The notes under the pieces: generated by a model
The model's input: the letters and a program-made list of their open reading frames with translations, nothing else
Database searches by the model: none
Told to the model about the DNA's origin: nothing
In this document: positions 35,620 to 48,696 of the stretch, piece by piece
How the letters are laid out: each line of letters begins with the position of its first letter
Position numbering within the stretch: the first letter of the stretch is position 1
Position numbers and translations under genes: made by a program
Assembly: GCA_053919585.1 (NCBI GenBank)
Contig: CM132817.1
DNA: 64,000 nucleotides
Direction: 5' to 3' (one strand)
Source: Euprymna scolopes
Taxonomy: Eukaryota

Positions 35620-36433
35620 TTCCGACACTAAAAGTAGCAGAGCGTCGTTAAAGCCCTAAAAAATTAGATTTTTACGGACCCTTCTTTAAGCAAAAGAGGT
35701 ACAAAATAGGTCGAAATCGAAAAGATTGTGATTTTTATACATTCATTTTAATTTATTTTTTATTTTTAGTTTTTCATCTATTAATATGCCTTCTATACTG
35801 GTACAGTGTAAACGTACCAGCTTCGACTACTGCAGTTTTGCTTTCGATTTCGATTCTGGTTGATGGCACCCACATACTATTTTTTTTTTACTTTTAAAAT
35901 AATATATACGAAATCTGGACCAATTAAATTATTATATTTAAACGTATTTTACAATCCATCAAAACCGACCCCTCTCCCGGTAGTAATATATGAACGGTTC
36001 TATGTCTGTCTTTCTGTCACCATATTTTAAAACTCTATTCCGTCCAACACTAAAAGTCGTAGACCGGTGCTAGTGGTCTCAAAATGATTGGATTTTTACG
36101 CGCTGTTGTTTTCTGGTTCATAACCGGATAAAATAGTTTTTAAGTTGGCAAAAATGTATCAACATTGAAAAAATCTTTACACATTTTTTACATTAATCCT
36201 ATTTTATTTTTAATTTTTAATGTTAAATCAGTTCGTATGTGTGCAACGTTGGTATAGTGGTAACCTTACAACTTTGAATGCTGCAGTTCGGTTTCGATTC
36301 TATCTGATGGCACCCAAATACTTATTTTACTTTTTAAATCGCAACTATTATATATATGGAATCTAGACTAATTAAAATATCATATTAAAGTGTATTACGA
36401 CCGGGCAGAGCTGGGCATCACTCCCGATACTAG
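35620..36433 (+). mobile_element. Head-to-tail tandem of two non-autonomous Helitron copies
   Basis: The two homologous units share CACTAAAAGT, GATTTTTACG and TGATGGCACCCA. The first ends CCCGGTAG (35983) and the second CCCGATACTAG|T (36433). Same family as 3380-3815. Confidence 0.6.
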
Positions 36434-37299
36434 TACATACGTTAACAGATATGATATTTTAATAATTCTTGGCTTTTCAATAAAAATTTAGAAAATTAAA
36501 AAAGTTCTGAAAATAAAACAATGTGGGTCATATTTAAAAAAAGATATTGATCATTTAAATTGAGTCAACTTCTTTTCCAATAAAAACTATCCGTTTTTTT
36601 TTCTTTTTTTTAATTTTTAACTGGATTTCCTCACACTAAATACCCTGATGTTGGCTAAGACCATGTCCTTGTGGGAAGGCATGTAAATAGGGAAAATTTG
36701 TTGCAAATTGATTGGAAGGTATTTAGACTAGTTTCAAATTCATTAAAGAAACCGACTAGAAACAAAAGAAGAAAAAATATGGAAATATTGAAACTATTAT
36801 GATATACACTGGTATTTGTGTACTAGTTGGTAGTCGTGTCTATCGGTTGTAATCGTGATAAGGTTCAACAAAGGTATGTCCGTCTTCTACATAGATTATT
36901 AGATAATTATCGAATCTGTTCGTTTAGGCCTGGTGCAGCTGACCTCAAAGCGCACCAAGAATTTCCGCCCACAAGTATCAAAGTTGAAAAGTAAATAGCC
37001 AACATTACTTGATAATCAAATGGTCAGCGGTGGATAGCGAAGGCTAGCAAAGATAATCATTGCTCCCTCCGTAATAGGAGCTGTGACGTTTANNNNNNNN
37101 NNNNNNNNNNNNNNNNNNNNNNNNNNNNNNNNNNNNNNNNNNNNNNNNNNNNNNNNNNNNNNNNNNNNNNNNNNNNNNNNNNNNNNNNNNNNNNNNNNNN
37201 NNNNNNNNNNNNNNNNNNNNNTTACTAATAAATTAGGAGTTTTCAAACAAGTTCATTGACAAACACGAGTAGTGTTTAATGGAGTAATATTTCCAATAC

Positions 37300-38263
37300 C
37301 CTTTATTTCTATTGCTAAGCACTTCAAAGCATTTTGTTTCATCGCAGCAGCGTTTTACCGTGGATTTTACTCTAGCAATATTTATTGATCCTCTCTTGAG
37401 TTACAATAAGTTTTGCCAAGGTCTCATTTCTCTTCGCACTCTCCCAGTGGAGGTCCAGGTTGCAACGCCACTCTTCGGCCTTTATACGCTCCTTGAACTT
37501 TCCTGATTATATTGTGCGAAACATTCCAAGACTGTTGGCCCCACATGCTTTTTGGAAGGGAACAATTTATGAGATTTATAATATTTAAAGTGGTTATTAT
37601 TCATTCACTTGTTTTCACACATGCCATTACTCACGAGCAATAATCTGTTGAGATCCCTGGAATTTGAATAGCAACAAGTTTCAGCAGATTTCCCGTATTC
37701 TCCATCACTTTTGATAACGAGCACATTTAATGCAACATTTATCGCTGTAAATTGCCGTTGATATTCGCTGTGGTTTGGATGGCAATAGGCATCTCCAACG
37801 CCCCTAAGTTTTCTACACTTCTCGAGTAGAGGTTTGATTAGTGCACTCCTTCCTCGGTCCTCCCGGATCGTTCACAATGCTTTGCCGTAACTCCTTGTAG
37901 ACGCATTGCAGTTCTCAACAAGGCAGTCTTTATTGCAATGAATCCTAATTTTTTTAATTCACTTGTCATTATTTTGTCTCTCTCCACAGGCTCTAAACAC
38001 AAGAATGATTCGTTCTGGTTTTTTTTTTTTAAATTTTTTTATTGCAGTACTTTAACCACTGGCCAATGTTTGCAGTTTATGTAGGTTGATTTCCGCATTC
38101 TAAAGATTTCAGCTGTTTTAATTATTGTTTTCTGTTATATCTTCTTAACCATTTCTCTGATTCCAATTTTTGACAATTTTTTTCTTGGTTACTGCTAGTA
38201 CGAGTGGCGTTATCTTCCATATCCCTTTCAGTTTTCTTGCCAATGCCATGTATTTGAATCACT

Positions 38264-38347
<84 letters not shown>

Positions 38348-39500
38348 AATTGTTATTATTTAGATGCCATATTTAATGTCTAGCTATTGTTATTGCCGAG
38401 TCTATGCAAACCGACGGATAATAACAAATATCAGCTTCTTTTTTCAAGAGTTTCCGCAAGATTCTGGCGGTTCCCAACAAAGCAATCTTTTTTGCAATGG
38501 ATCCTAATATTTTCAATCAAGTTGTCAAATCTGTTTAGTCACATATCACACGGCACTGATCACAAGTACAATTCTTCTTTCTTCAACTTACACATACTTT
38601 TTATCTCCCTTCTCAAGCCTTGGTACTTTTCGGCTTCTTTTCTTTTTCTTCTGAATTGACATCGTCTAGTCCACTATATTTATGGTTATTGTAGTGTGTT
38701 CCTTTTTTCACAGGATTAAATCCTCCCTTATTAGTACAATCAAATTGTCATATTAAATATTCAAATCCCACAAAACATCCTATTGTCATTCTCCACCAAT
38801 ATTTTTGGAACATACTCGTACCTTTTTACTGCATTCTACCCCTCTTTTTTTACATATATCTCAATGGTCCTTTATCACACTATTGCCATAACTTTTTTTG
38901 TACTCTTAATGAGTTAACATACCACAATTACAGCCGCACAGTCGACACAGAGGACTTTCATTCGTTTTATCAATATGATACTTTACATAATTTGTCTTGA
39001 GCGATTGCACTTGTCAAGTTACAGTTTGACAACCATCATTGTGTGTTCTTCTTATCCACTGCTGCTGGTAGTTCGCTACTGAAGTAACCATTCATTTTCT
39101 TCGCAAACCAATTCTCTTCCGATTTTTGTGCATTTATTCCTCCAAAGTCTTTGCTCTTTACTAGTTCGATCGCTTGCAATGTGTCAAATTTAGAGGCACA
39201 CTTTCTTTATAATTGAAAATGTAAACTTTCGGGCGAGTTTCTTCTTTTACGCATCGTTATACATTTATTACTCCGCTCCCCCATTTTTTCTTTCACATAT
39301 AATCTGTCGACATCACCCTTTGGGTGAAAAACTCCGTCCATTTCCTTCTTTCCTTGCTTTCCTGACCATATCTTTCAGCACGTTTTCTTTTCTATTAAAT
39401 AACACCTGCACCATATCGAAATATAGCTTCCGCCTACATTTACTGATGATATGTTGTTTTTTCCATTCAGTCTTGATCTAATATGTCATTACTGAACATG
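37300..39500 (-). pseudogene. Decayed non-LTR retrotransposon fragments with (TTA)n/(CTA)n tracts
   Basis: Composition and short motifs resemble the R4/Dong-like relic at 15250-16930. Heavily degraded; boundaries approximate. Confidence 0.35.
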
Positions 39501-39984
39501 TAAACAGTCCTCACACGCACAATTATCTGATCTTAATTATTTTCATGAAATATCGATAAATAATATATGATTAAATTAATTCTGTTCACACTCATAACGT
39601 TTCGTAATATACACCACAAGATCACCGTACTCAAAACAAACAACAATGGCGAAAAGCTGTTCCCGTGAAAAATACATCTCTTTACATGAAGTTCTCAAGA
39701 TCTGCCTATTTGATATCAATGACACATCTCTATGTTTCATACTTATTTCCTAGAAATCTCGCACATTCGTTACTATTATAAACACTCTAATACATTCCTT
39801 AATCCAGCTCTGTGGAAATAGATAATACGCTTTGCGGTAATATATCCATGACCTGTATAGATTTGTGAGTCCTCTCTTACAATCCCGAAGTAGTATAAGC
39901 AATTGTTCTTTGGTCCCTATACTTCATCGCCTAATTCATTTTTATTCATCAGTTAAGATCTTTTGCTGTTCCAGACATTGATAA

Positions 39985-40227
39985 ATCTTATCTGTCAAAA
40001 CCCAATTGCCAGAGGAGTTGGTAAATCTGCAAAGGTCAAATCGTTGAACTTTTACCCCTTGACAGCCAAATTTCTGGCCCGAATCATATTAAAAAGATTT
40101 TCTAAAATCTCAATACCCCTTATGTCTAATCTCGACTCTGTAGACTGAAAATTGACAGAGTAGTTTGGTAGGGAAATGTACACACACAGACACACACAGA
40201 CAATTTCACTTTTTATATATATATAGA
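39985..40227 (-). mobile_element. Helitron 5' fragment
   Basis: The minus strand begins A|TCTATATATATATAAAAAGTGAAATTGTCTGTGTGTGTCTGTGTGTG, a canonical Helitron 5' end. No 3' CTAG hairpin was found. Confidence 0.65.
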
Positions 40228-40619
40228 TTTTTTCAGCATGCGGGTTGCTTGTTAGTATTCATAGTTTATCCAGTTTGGTTTCTACATAGAGAATTTCTTT
40301 TAATATTCAATTCCTTTTTAAGTTTGCCGTTTATTATTATTATCTAAGTCTTTCATGTGATTATGCTTTCTCCCAGTATTTTATTCCATTTATCCCGGGA
40401 TAGTTCCTACTAATATTGGTATTATACTAACTTTCATATCCCTTTCAGTTCTATGCAATAGAACAGTTGATAAAGAACTAGTCGAAACGAATGTGATTCC
40501 AGAATCACCGGACTATATTTAGTGTTGACTCATGCAAACTACGAGAGAAGGTCTCTCTATCGGCCACGATGGTTTCACAAGAGAATAACATAGTATTCGA
40601 AACCTAAGTAAGAACTTTT

Positions 40620-41233
40620 CGACACGCCTATCTCACTACTGATGCAATTCTCTATCTATATAAAAGCCAAGTACGTCAAAGGATGGAATACTGCTGCCAT
40701 ATCTGGACAGGAGCTGCTAAAAACAGCCTATCCTGCCTTGACAGAGTACAAAATAGACTTCGTGGCTTAGTGGGGGATGCCCTTTTCTCTACCCTGCAAC
40801 CTCTCTCCCACAGAAGAGATGTTGCGAGCCTGTCATTGTTCTATCGTTATTTCCATAGCAGGTGCTCGTCTGAACTCCTCTCTCTCGTCCCCCTCGCCAA
40901 TCTTTCACGAAAAACACCCGTCTAGCTTAATTCACTGTGAAAAATTTCCCCCACTCTTTATCTGTACCTAAATCAAAACGTGGATCCCGTGAACAAAGCT
41001 TCTTTCTTAGAACTGCACGCCTGTGGAACTCTGTTCCGTCTGCCTGCTTCCCTCCTGACTACAACTTGGATGTCTTCAAGTCCAACGTTAACAAAATCCT
41101 AACCGCCCCCTTAAGTAAACACTTCATCAAATCTCCACACTAACGTAATGTACTTGCAATAACCCTTATCCCTGAGTGGCTTCCGGGCCTTGATAAGTGG
41201 TGACCACTGTGTAAAAAAAAACAACAAAAAAAA
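40620..41233 (+). mobile_element. 5'-truncated CR1-group LINE 3' end with A-rich tail
   Basis: LYLYKSQVRQRMEYCCHIWTGA...LDRVQNR...LSHRRDVASLSLFYRYF, then SFFLRTARLWNSVP..FP..YNLDVFKSNVN, a 3' UTR and a poly(A)-like tail at 41213-41233. Confidence 0.85.
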
Positions 41234-41619
41234 CGCCGTTGCACTGTCTTCTACGAGAAATGATGCACCTTCTTCGAGCGACGTTATCTCAACTAACAGC
41301 ACATGTGGTACTCCATCAGACTAGATGAATGTAGGTCAGGAAATCCATCAAGACCAAGAGACGGCAACTATATACTATAACATAGTTATCTGATCAATTA
41401 GGGAAAAGGGAATTAATGTTCTCCACTTTTTTATCCACTCAACATTTAAAAACTAAAACTGTAGTTGAACACTCAGATATTTATGTATCTCATATAGAAA
41501 TAAAGTGTTACGTTAAGAAATGTGCCCCTTTATTTATGGTTATTTACTGAATAAAATGAAAACAACCAGAAATTAATTTCCAGTGTTTCTGAATTTTTAA
41601 AATGAGAATTAATTATTTG

Positions 41620-41940
41620 TAGCGTAGTGGATAAAGCACTTATTAAAATTCATCTCTAAGTTACACTCTTCTGGAGAGTGAAGGTTTAACCCTCGTTGCA
41701 GGTTGCATTCAAAATATAACTGCGTATTACTTAGAACTTCTACTCAGTTATGGCTGACGAAACAAGAACATGCAACTCCGTGGATTAAATAAGGAGTTCC
41801 GTTCGAAATTTCGTGCAGATTGCCGAGTGTGACAATATACAGTTGAAGAATGTCGGAGATTACGTCCGCCGAAATATTGTGAAAATAACAGTGAAAATTA
41901 AAGCAGTTGTCCAAAGAATCCAAAATATACGAAAATTTCG
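41620..41940 (+). repeat. Repeat with a tRNA-like head and a PLE-type terminal motif; inverted relative at 43090-43300
   Basis: The block GGCTRACGAAACAAG..CGTGGATTAAATAAGG is shared with the reverse complement of 43230-43292. An A-box-like TAGCGTAGTGG lies at 41620. Confidence 0.45.
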
Positions 41941-41997
41941 AATATAAAAAAAAATTTATTATATTGTAGAGAAAGTATAAGAATTTAATTTTACAAA

Positions 41998-42280
41998 GGT
42001 TCTGGATATGATCTTAAACTATATCCAGTACTGATGCCCCAGTTTGCGGTCTCTGGGGAGTGTGGAGCCAACCTTTAATTGCTATTGCTCCCAGGTCCAC
42101 TCTGACCCGGAGTGGTAGTACCTGTTAGGTTCCCAACTATGGGTTGAATAGAAACCGACTTGAAAACAACAAATATATTATATTAAAAAATTTATCTTCA
42201 AAATCTTTGGATTCGACATTAAATAACCTGAAAATGGTTGATATGCCGTAAAACAAAAAACAACCAAACCAAACCAAACC
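41998..42280 (+). mobile_element. 5'-truncated copy of the 31034-31376 SINE family
   Basis: Contains CCAGGTCCACTCTGACCCGGAGTGGTAGTACCTG and ends GGTTGATATGCCGTAAAAC(AAACC)n. Confidence 0.8.
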
Positions 42281-44164
42281 ATAATTTTGAAAAGCACCTG
42301 AATATGGTTTGGTTAGTCGAATGATGATTGGCCGTGCACTTGTCGAGGTTTCAACTCCTATAATTAATGACCTATGATATCGCCCAATGCGCTGTCCAAA
42401 TGATCAGTTATTTCAAAAGGCAAGAAACAGCATAAACAAGTGCTTGCAGTCGGCGCTTCATAGTTATTAAAACGAAAAGTTAAAAGTATTCAGTAAAGAA
42501 GGATTGAGGGAGGGGAAGGCAGTGTTTTGTTAGAGTTATCGCGCCCTGCACCACCACCAACTCTACAGATGTGTTTAAAAATGTACAAGAACCCAGCCTG
42601 TCTTTTCTGCTTTTAATTATATGTAATGAACCAAAGACACTGATGATTTTTTTAGATTTTAAGGCAAAATCCACAACTTCTCTAATTTCTTAATGCGTCC
42701 AAGGAAAACAATAAGAAGCGTTGTTCGTCGCACGGTCGGTACTTTATTCCATTATGCAATATACAAAATTATGTTTAATTCAATATACGATCCGTCGAGT
42801 TGTTTTCCTTGCAATATGTGATCTTACAATATACCATGACCCTTAGGATAGAGTTAGTGTTAATTTATTTGGGTTGATTATTTATGGTCGGATAAGTTAG
42901 GGTTAGTGTTAATGGTTAGATCAAATGTTAAACGAGCGCTACCATATCTGTTTACCGGACAGAAGATATTAATTGAATTTCGTTAGTCTGTCGTGCCCAA
43001 GTTTCAGATGTCACTTCTATCATTGCATCATGCTTAAATCTGAAACATCATTTTTTGTTATATTTCTGATTTTTTAGAAAAGAATTGAAAATTTATGATA
43101 TCTGGATTTTTCGGACTACTGTTCTCATCTTGAAGGTTATTTTTACAAAGTGTCAGTCGATGTAATCTACAACCGTCTCCAGGTTCCTCTTATCAAAATT
43201 GGGGATCTTTCTGTCATACTATGGAATCTTCACGGAATTTGGAACAGACCCCCTTATTTAATCCACGTGGATATCCCCTTGTTTCGTTAGCCATGACCGT
43301 ATAGATGTCTGAAATATTTCGGAATTGTATTCGCCTGTAGAATAGATTCCGAAAATCCGTGTAGATTACCGAGTTCGACAAGAGACACGTGAAAAAACGT
43401 CGGTTACACGAGGAGAACAATAGTCTAAATAACCAAGATTATACATATCATGTTAGTCGTTTTTTCAAGACTGAATTTGAAAACATCTTTCACGTTTGAA
43501 ATTGCTTTTTCATCAGTCTCTAACATTTAAGTTGTAAATAGCATGCATCCGTTAAGCTTACATTTGAAATAGAATTTTCCTTAATCAATTATGTTTTACT
43601 TGAACATATCATTTGAGTCTTTCTTTTAGGTTGGAATTGAAAAATAACACGGCATGGATAGTTTCAAAGCCAGGAAAAGACGATTCTTCGTCGTCGTTAC
43701 TAGATTCTCTTCAGTTTCGATTTATGGCTGTCTCGCTACAAACAAAGGCCAGTAAAGAATCTTAGTATATGAGAGCAATTATAGAAACAGAAAGAAAACA
43801 ACAGCACACACATTTTTTATAAGTTTCGAAAATAGGGTTGGAAAAAAAACGTTTGCTTATTTTTAGTTATTGAACGCTATCTGTTATACTAGCAGAGTAA
43901 AACAAAACGTATAATTTAATTACATATTATGTTCTAAGCAGCCAATAATTAATTACATATTATGTTCTAAGCAGTCAATAAAAATAATTTTCAAAAATCA
44001 AACATTAAATAAAATTAGAACATAATTTTAAAAAAATAATGCATGAATAAATTAAAATTTAGTAAGAAGATCGAAATACGGAGAACAAATATTTTAATAA
44101 AAAAGTACAAAATAAATGCAGAGTTAATAAGTAAAAATAGGCTCACATTTGTAATAAAAAGATC

Positions 44165-44221
<57 letters not shown>

Positions 44222-44669
44222 TATATCCGACAATCTCGCAGTCTACAAATACCAAAATAGCCAACAACAGAATGCCTTAAATTCCAGTTTTCCGACGTGC
44301 ATTATATATATATATATATATATATATATGGGAGGGTAGGTGCGTGTGGGTGTGTGCGCGCACGCTCGCACGTGGGTTATTTCTAAAATAATACGAATTA
44401 TAAACTTTTCTAGTGGAGTCTTCCGCAATGTTTTATTCTGTTATTTACATGATACGGATGAAGTTATAACGAAGCACAAGATAAATGCATGCATATTATA
44501 AATATCTTGGTGCGGGACGGAAACCATTGTTTCCTCTGTATGGATATTAAAGAGGATCTTTTGATTGACCTATAAATATTGCTTCGTGTATTCAAGGCGA
44601 TAAGTACAATATATAAAAAGTATCCGTAGTTCTAGTCTTTCTACTATTAAGTAATGTATAAACATTTTG

Positions 44670-44735
<66 letters not shown>

Positions 44736-47617
44736 TCTTTGTTTTTGCAAACTCTGCCTCGCTCAGACTATATATATATATATATATAAATATATACATA
44801 AAATTTGTAAAATGCTTATTATTTATTTGGAAATTAGACTCAGCATTTGCTCACTATTCTGTAATGGCGCATGACTTAGCAGTATAGTCAGGGAAACATA
44901 AATAAATAAATAAAAATTGGATAAATTATCTACCTTTCTTTCTTCCTTTCTTTACCGAATGACGTATCATGAAACCTTTCTGCGCACTGTAATTAGATCA
45001 TATCAAGGCGAGCAGAAAAATAAAGATCCTTCACTCGGACAGTAAAACAATTAAGTGTTAATTTGTAATACTAAACAAAGAGAAAAAATAAAAACCATTC
45101 AAGAATAAAATAAAGTAAAAATAGTTCCAATGCTTATCAACTTCTCTTATTCATCTTCCTTCGTAAAAACGGCCAAGAATTGACGTGACTATTTGCGACT
45201 TTTGATTATCTCGGTGGTGTTGCAGAAAACTGTCATTTGGTTTTATTCGTGAAATATTATTAAAGAAAAAATGTAACAATCTTGACATTTTTTTCAGCAG
45301 ATCAACTTGTTGCAGGTTCTTCATATCCAATCTATTCATTAAAAAAAATGTTAGTACTTTTATATCTTCAAATATTTATTCATGATGTTTGTTGTCTTTT
45401 TGTTTTACTGCATATCAACCCTTTTGTACAAATGTTAGAACACGTATTCCGCTTCAAAATTTCTTGTATTTTAAAAGTGTGTGCTTTGATTATTTTGTCA
45501 AGAATTTTTTGTTTTCACTTTGCAGGACATAATTTAGTTTTGCAAATTAAAAAGAAACAAAACGACGTTTGATGCATCTAGGGTCACACTGCCAGTGTCT
45601 TCAGAACTCGTGATCTGGTAACCCAAGTCAATCTTGGACAATAAAAATCTTATAAAATATCTAAATATATGGTTCATTTTCTTCTTGTCTTTAAGGTTTG
45701 TTTTTAATTCTCAGGAATCATAACCTTTCTATGAATAGCACGTTAGGTTTTCTGTAGTTATGTGCAAAATGAATACCGATGCTCAAAATGAATAAACATT
45801 TTGGCCCCTCCCCTTACTTATAAATTCACGAAAAATCAGAAAATTTACCAATTTTAATGACATTTTCAGTATTTATCAAATAATGATCACGAAATATATG
45901 GAACTCATTATATTGTTTTTATTTAAATCATAATGTAAATGTATTATTTTGTTTAAACAAAAAATACCTTTGCTAAAGGTATGGTTTTCAGTAGTAAAAA
46001 AAATGAGTGAATTTAATTTTGCTTTTTTTATGAAAATAAAGCATCGCAAAACATAACAATAAAAAAAAAATCATTTTTACAGGAACATTACGATAAACGC
46101 CCCTAAAGTCTGTATTAATGAAATCGATAATTTCTCGAACTATCAATATTATCGTTGAATAAAGCATTGCTTATTTTCACACAAAAAAAATTAAAATACC
46201 AAAAAATATTTCTACTTTTTTTTAAATTACATGTTTCGCATAACTTTTATATGTAAGATTTTAATAATTTCCTTGTTTGAATGAATGTAAAATTTTCGGC
46301 GAAACATAATTTTATATAATATTGACCACTAATTAAAAAAATAATAATTAAAAAAAAACAGGAACATAGAAAATAATTAAATTAAAAAATGGTAAAAATG
46401 ATACAAACGTTCAGGATAGAAATGTACGGATGCATGTCTGAGGAAAAAGAAACCCAATACTCCTCTCTGCTTTTAATTGCATGGCGTCATTCTCCAACAG
46501 CTTTTCGACTGTCTCAGATTTTGGGCTTCTATATAATCGGTATTTACAAAACTACCGTTTGTTGCGCTTTTGTGAACAGCAGAAACATTTTGTTTTGGAG
46601 CGAATTAAGCTACTTTTTGTACAAACAAGGTGTTTGTTTTTATTTTTATTTAATTCAATATCTTAGTACTTTACGTTACTAATTATCTTTGAAATAGACT
46701 CAGTAAAATAATATTTATATTTTAAAGGATTGTTACAATGAGTTTATTTAACTTCAAAATTTAGCTGAATTAATTAGCTCGCCGTGAAAACATTTTTATA
46801 CATTTTTTTTCATGTGTACAACCATTTTTCTCTCCTTTTGGAAATTAAGTAAGCCCTTAATCTTTTAAAGACAATGAAAAAGTAGTCGAAAACCTAAAAA
46901 AAAAAAAAAATTGTGGTAAATCGGCTTTCAAACTAAGTCTCCCTATCTTTAATCGTCTATTTTTGCCCGTATTTAGTTTTCTGCAATTGATACTATACTA
47001 TCCCTTTCCTGTCAGAGCCACGGTAGTTGATTTTGCCTGGAATTTTAAATCAAAACATATAAACCAATGTGGATGATAAATAATACTATGAAATAATTGA
47101 AAACGATGAACAGAATGACCAAATATCCATTAGTACAGTTCCACAAGTATTTATTTACATAGCACGTAAATACAACCGCAGGAAAGCAACCTCGTTATTG
47201 GAAATTTAATATTTTAGCGTTAAAAGGGTCATTTCTGAAATGGGGAGGTTCAATACGGACGTCATATTGTTTTCATTCTTCTTTGCATGTTCTCTTCCTC
47301 CTTATTTCAAGTTTGTTTGAATATTACTGACCTGTTTTTTATACACTTCACGTATATCCATAAGCTTCTTAAATTCTTCCATGGTCAATCCTGTGTCATT
47401 TCTGAACTGACCGGCATAAGTGTCACTACTTTTTACTTCTATTTACCAAGATTAGTCATCAAAGGAGCACCTGCTGTATCAATTCTTCCTTCATCCTTCA
47501 CGTGTATCTAATGAACTTAAACTTTCTTACTTTCAATAATCATGTTATGATCATTAGTTAATGATATAGCTTATTCTTTGTTATTACCTCCTCGTGTTGG
47601 TAATCCTGTCTTCCAAG

Positions 47618-47885
47618 GGTCCTGGATATGACCTTAAACTATATCCGATGGTGAGGGCCCCAGCTTGCAGGCCTTAGGGAGTGTGGAGCCACCCTTTAAT
47701 TGCCATTGCTCCCAGGTCAACTATGACCCGGAGTGGTAGCACCTGTTAGGGTCCCAACTATAGGTTAAATAGAATACGACTTAAAAAACAAATATACTAT
47801 ATTAAGAAATCGTTCTCCAAAATCACCAGATTCGGCATTAAATAACCTGAAAAGGGTTGATATGCCGTAAAACAAAACAACCAAC
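47618..47885 (+). mobile_element. 5'-truncated copy of the 31034-31376 SINE family
   Basis: Same body and GGTTGATATGCCGTAAAACAAAACAACC tail. Confidence 0.8.
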
Positions 47886-48156
47886 GAACCGTCTTCCAAG
47901 TATAACAAAAGATTACCATCAACACATAGTTTTGATGACTAAATCAAACCGTTNNNNNNNNNNNNNNNNNNNNNNNNNNNNNNNNNNNNNNNNNNNNNNN
48001 NNNNNNNNNNNNNNNNNNNNNNNNNNNNNNNNNNNNNNNNNNNNNNNNNNNNNNNNNNNNNNNNNNNNNNNNNNNNNNNNNNNNNNNNNNNNNNNNNNNN
48101 NNNGTATCATTTGGATTATTCGTTCTACTGTCTGTACCTTGAATGTTATTTTTATT

Positions 48157-48696
48157 TCTCCTCCGCTAACTGAGACTAAGAAATTGAAGTGCAGCATCTG
48201 AAGAACAGATGGTATTTATTTGCTCCCCCACTGAGCAAATTAGGCACAAGGCCGTTTTTAATGTGAGGTAAAAACCAGCTCCCCTAAAAGGGGTCACTCT
48301 GGTTACCAAAAATAATAATTGTCCCAGTATAGAGGGTTTCCCCTCTATTGACTGGTACAAATTATCTTAAGTGCAGCATCTGCCGGAACAGATACTACAC
48401 TTTGATCTTAGCCCAAAGGCCAAGAACTTATGTTATTATTTATTTGCTTCCCCACTTCGCAAATTAGGCACGAGGCCGTTTTTTAATGTGGAAAGAAATA
48501 GGGGACCAGCTCCCCCGAGGAGGATGGGGGGGCAGGATAGTGACAATTGGTATGAAGGGTTTCCCTACATTGACCAAAACTGATTGTTACAAAAGTAATG
48601 GTCGGATACGTGGGGGTGCTCTCACATATAGTCATTAGTGCAGCATCTACCGGACAAGATACTACACTTTGATTTTGGCCCGAAGGCCAAGAACTT
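48157..48696 (-). mobile_element. Tandem array of U2-snRNA-headed structured repeats
   Basis: 48386-48426 on the minus strand reads TTCTTGGCCTTTGGGCTAAGATCAAAGTGTAGTATCTGTTC, ~2 mismatches to the remembered metazoan U2 5' end. A second head lies at ~48655-48694 and a stub at ~48201-48210. Confidence 0.75.

Noticed and set aside
43485-43520. Minus-strand CTGATGA hammerhead candidate
   Set aside because: GAAA is replaced by CAAA and the stems do not pair.
45416-47230. Possible piggyBac-like relic (CCCTTTT...AAAAGGG)
   Set aside because: There are no intact TTAA sites and no convincing transposase motif.
48386-48426. Functional U2 snRNA gene
   Set aside because: Only the 5' ~40 nt are present. 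Stem IIa onward, the Sm site and the 3' stems are missing.
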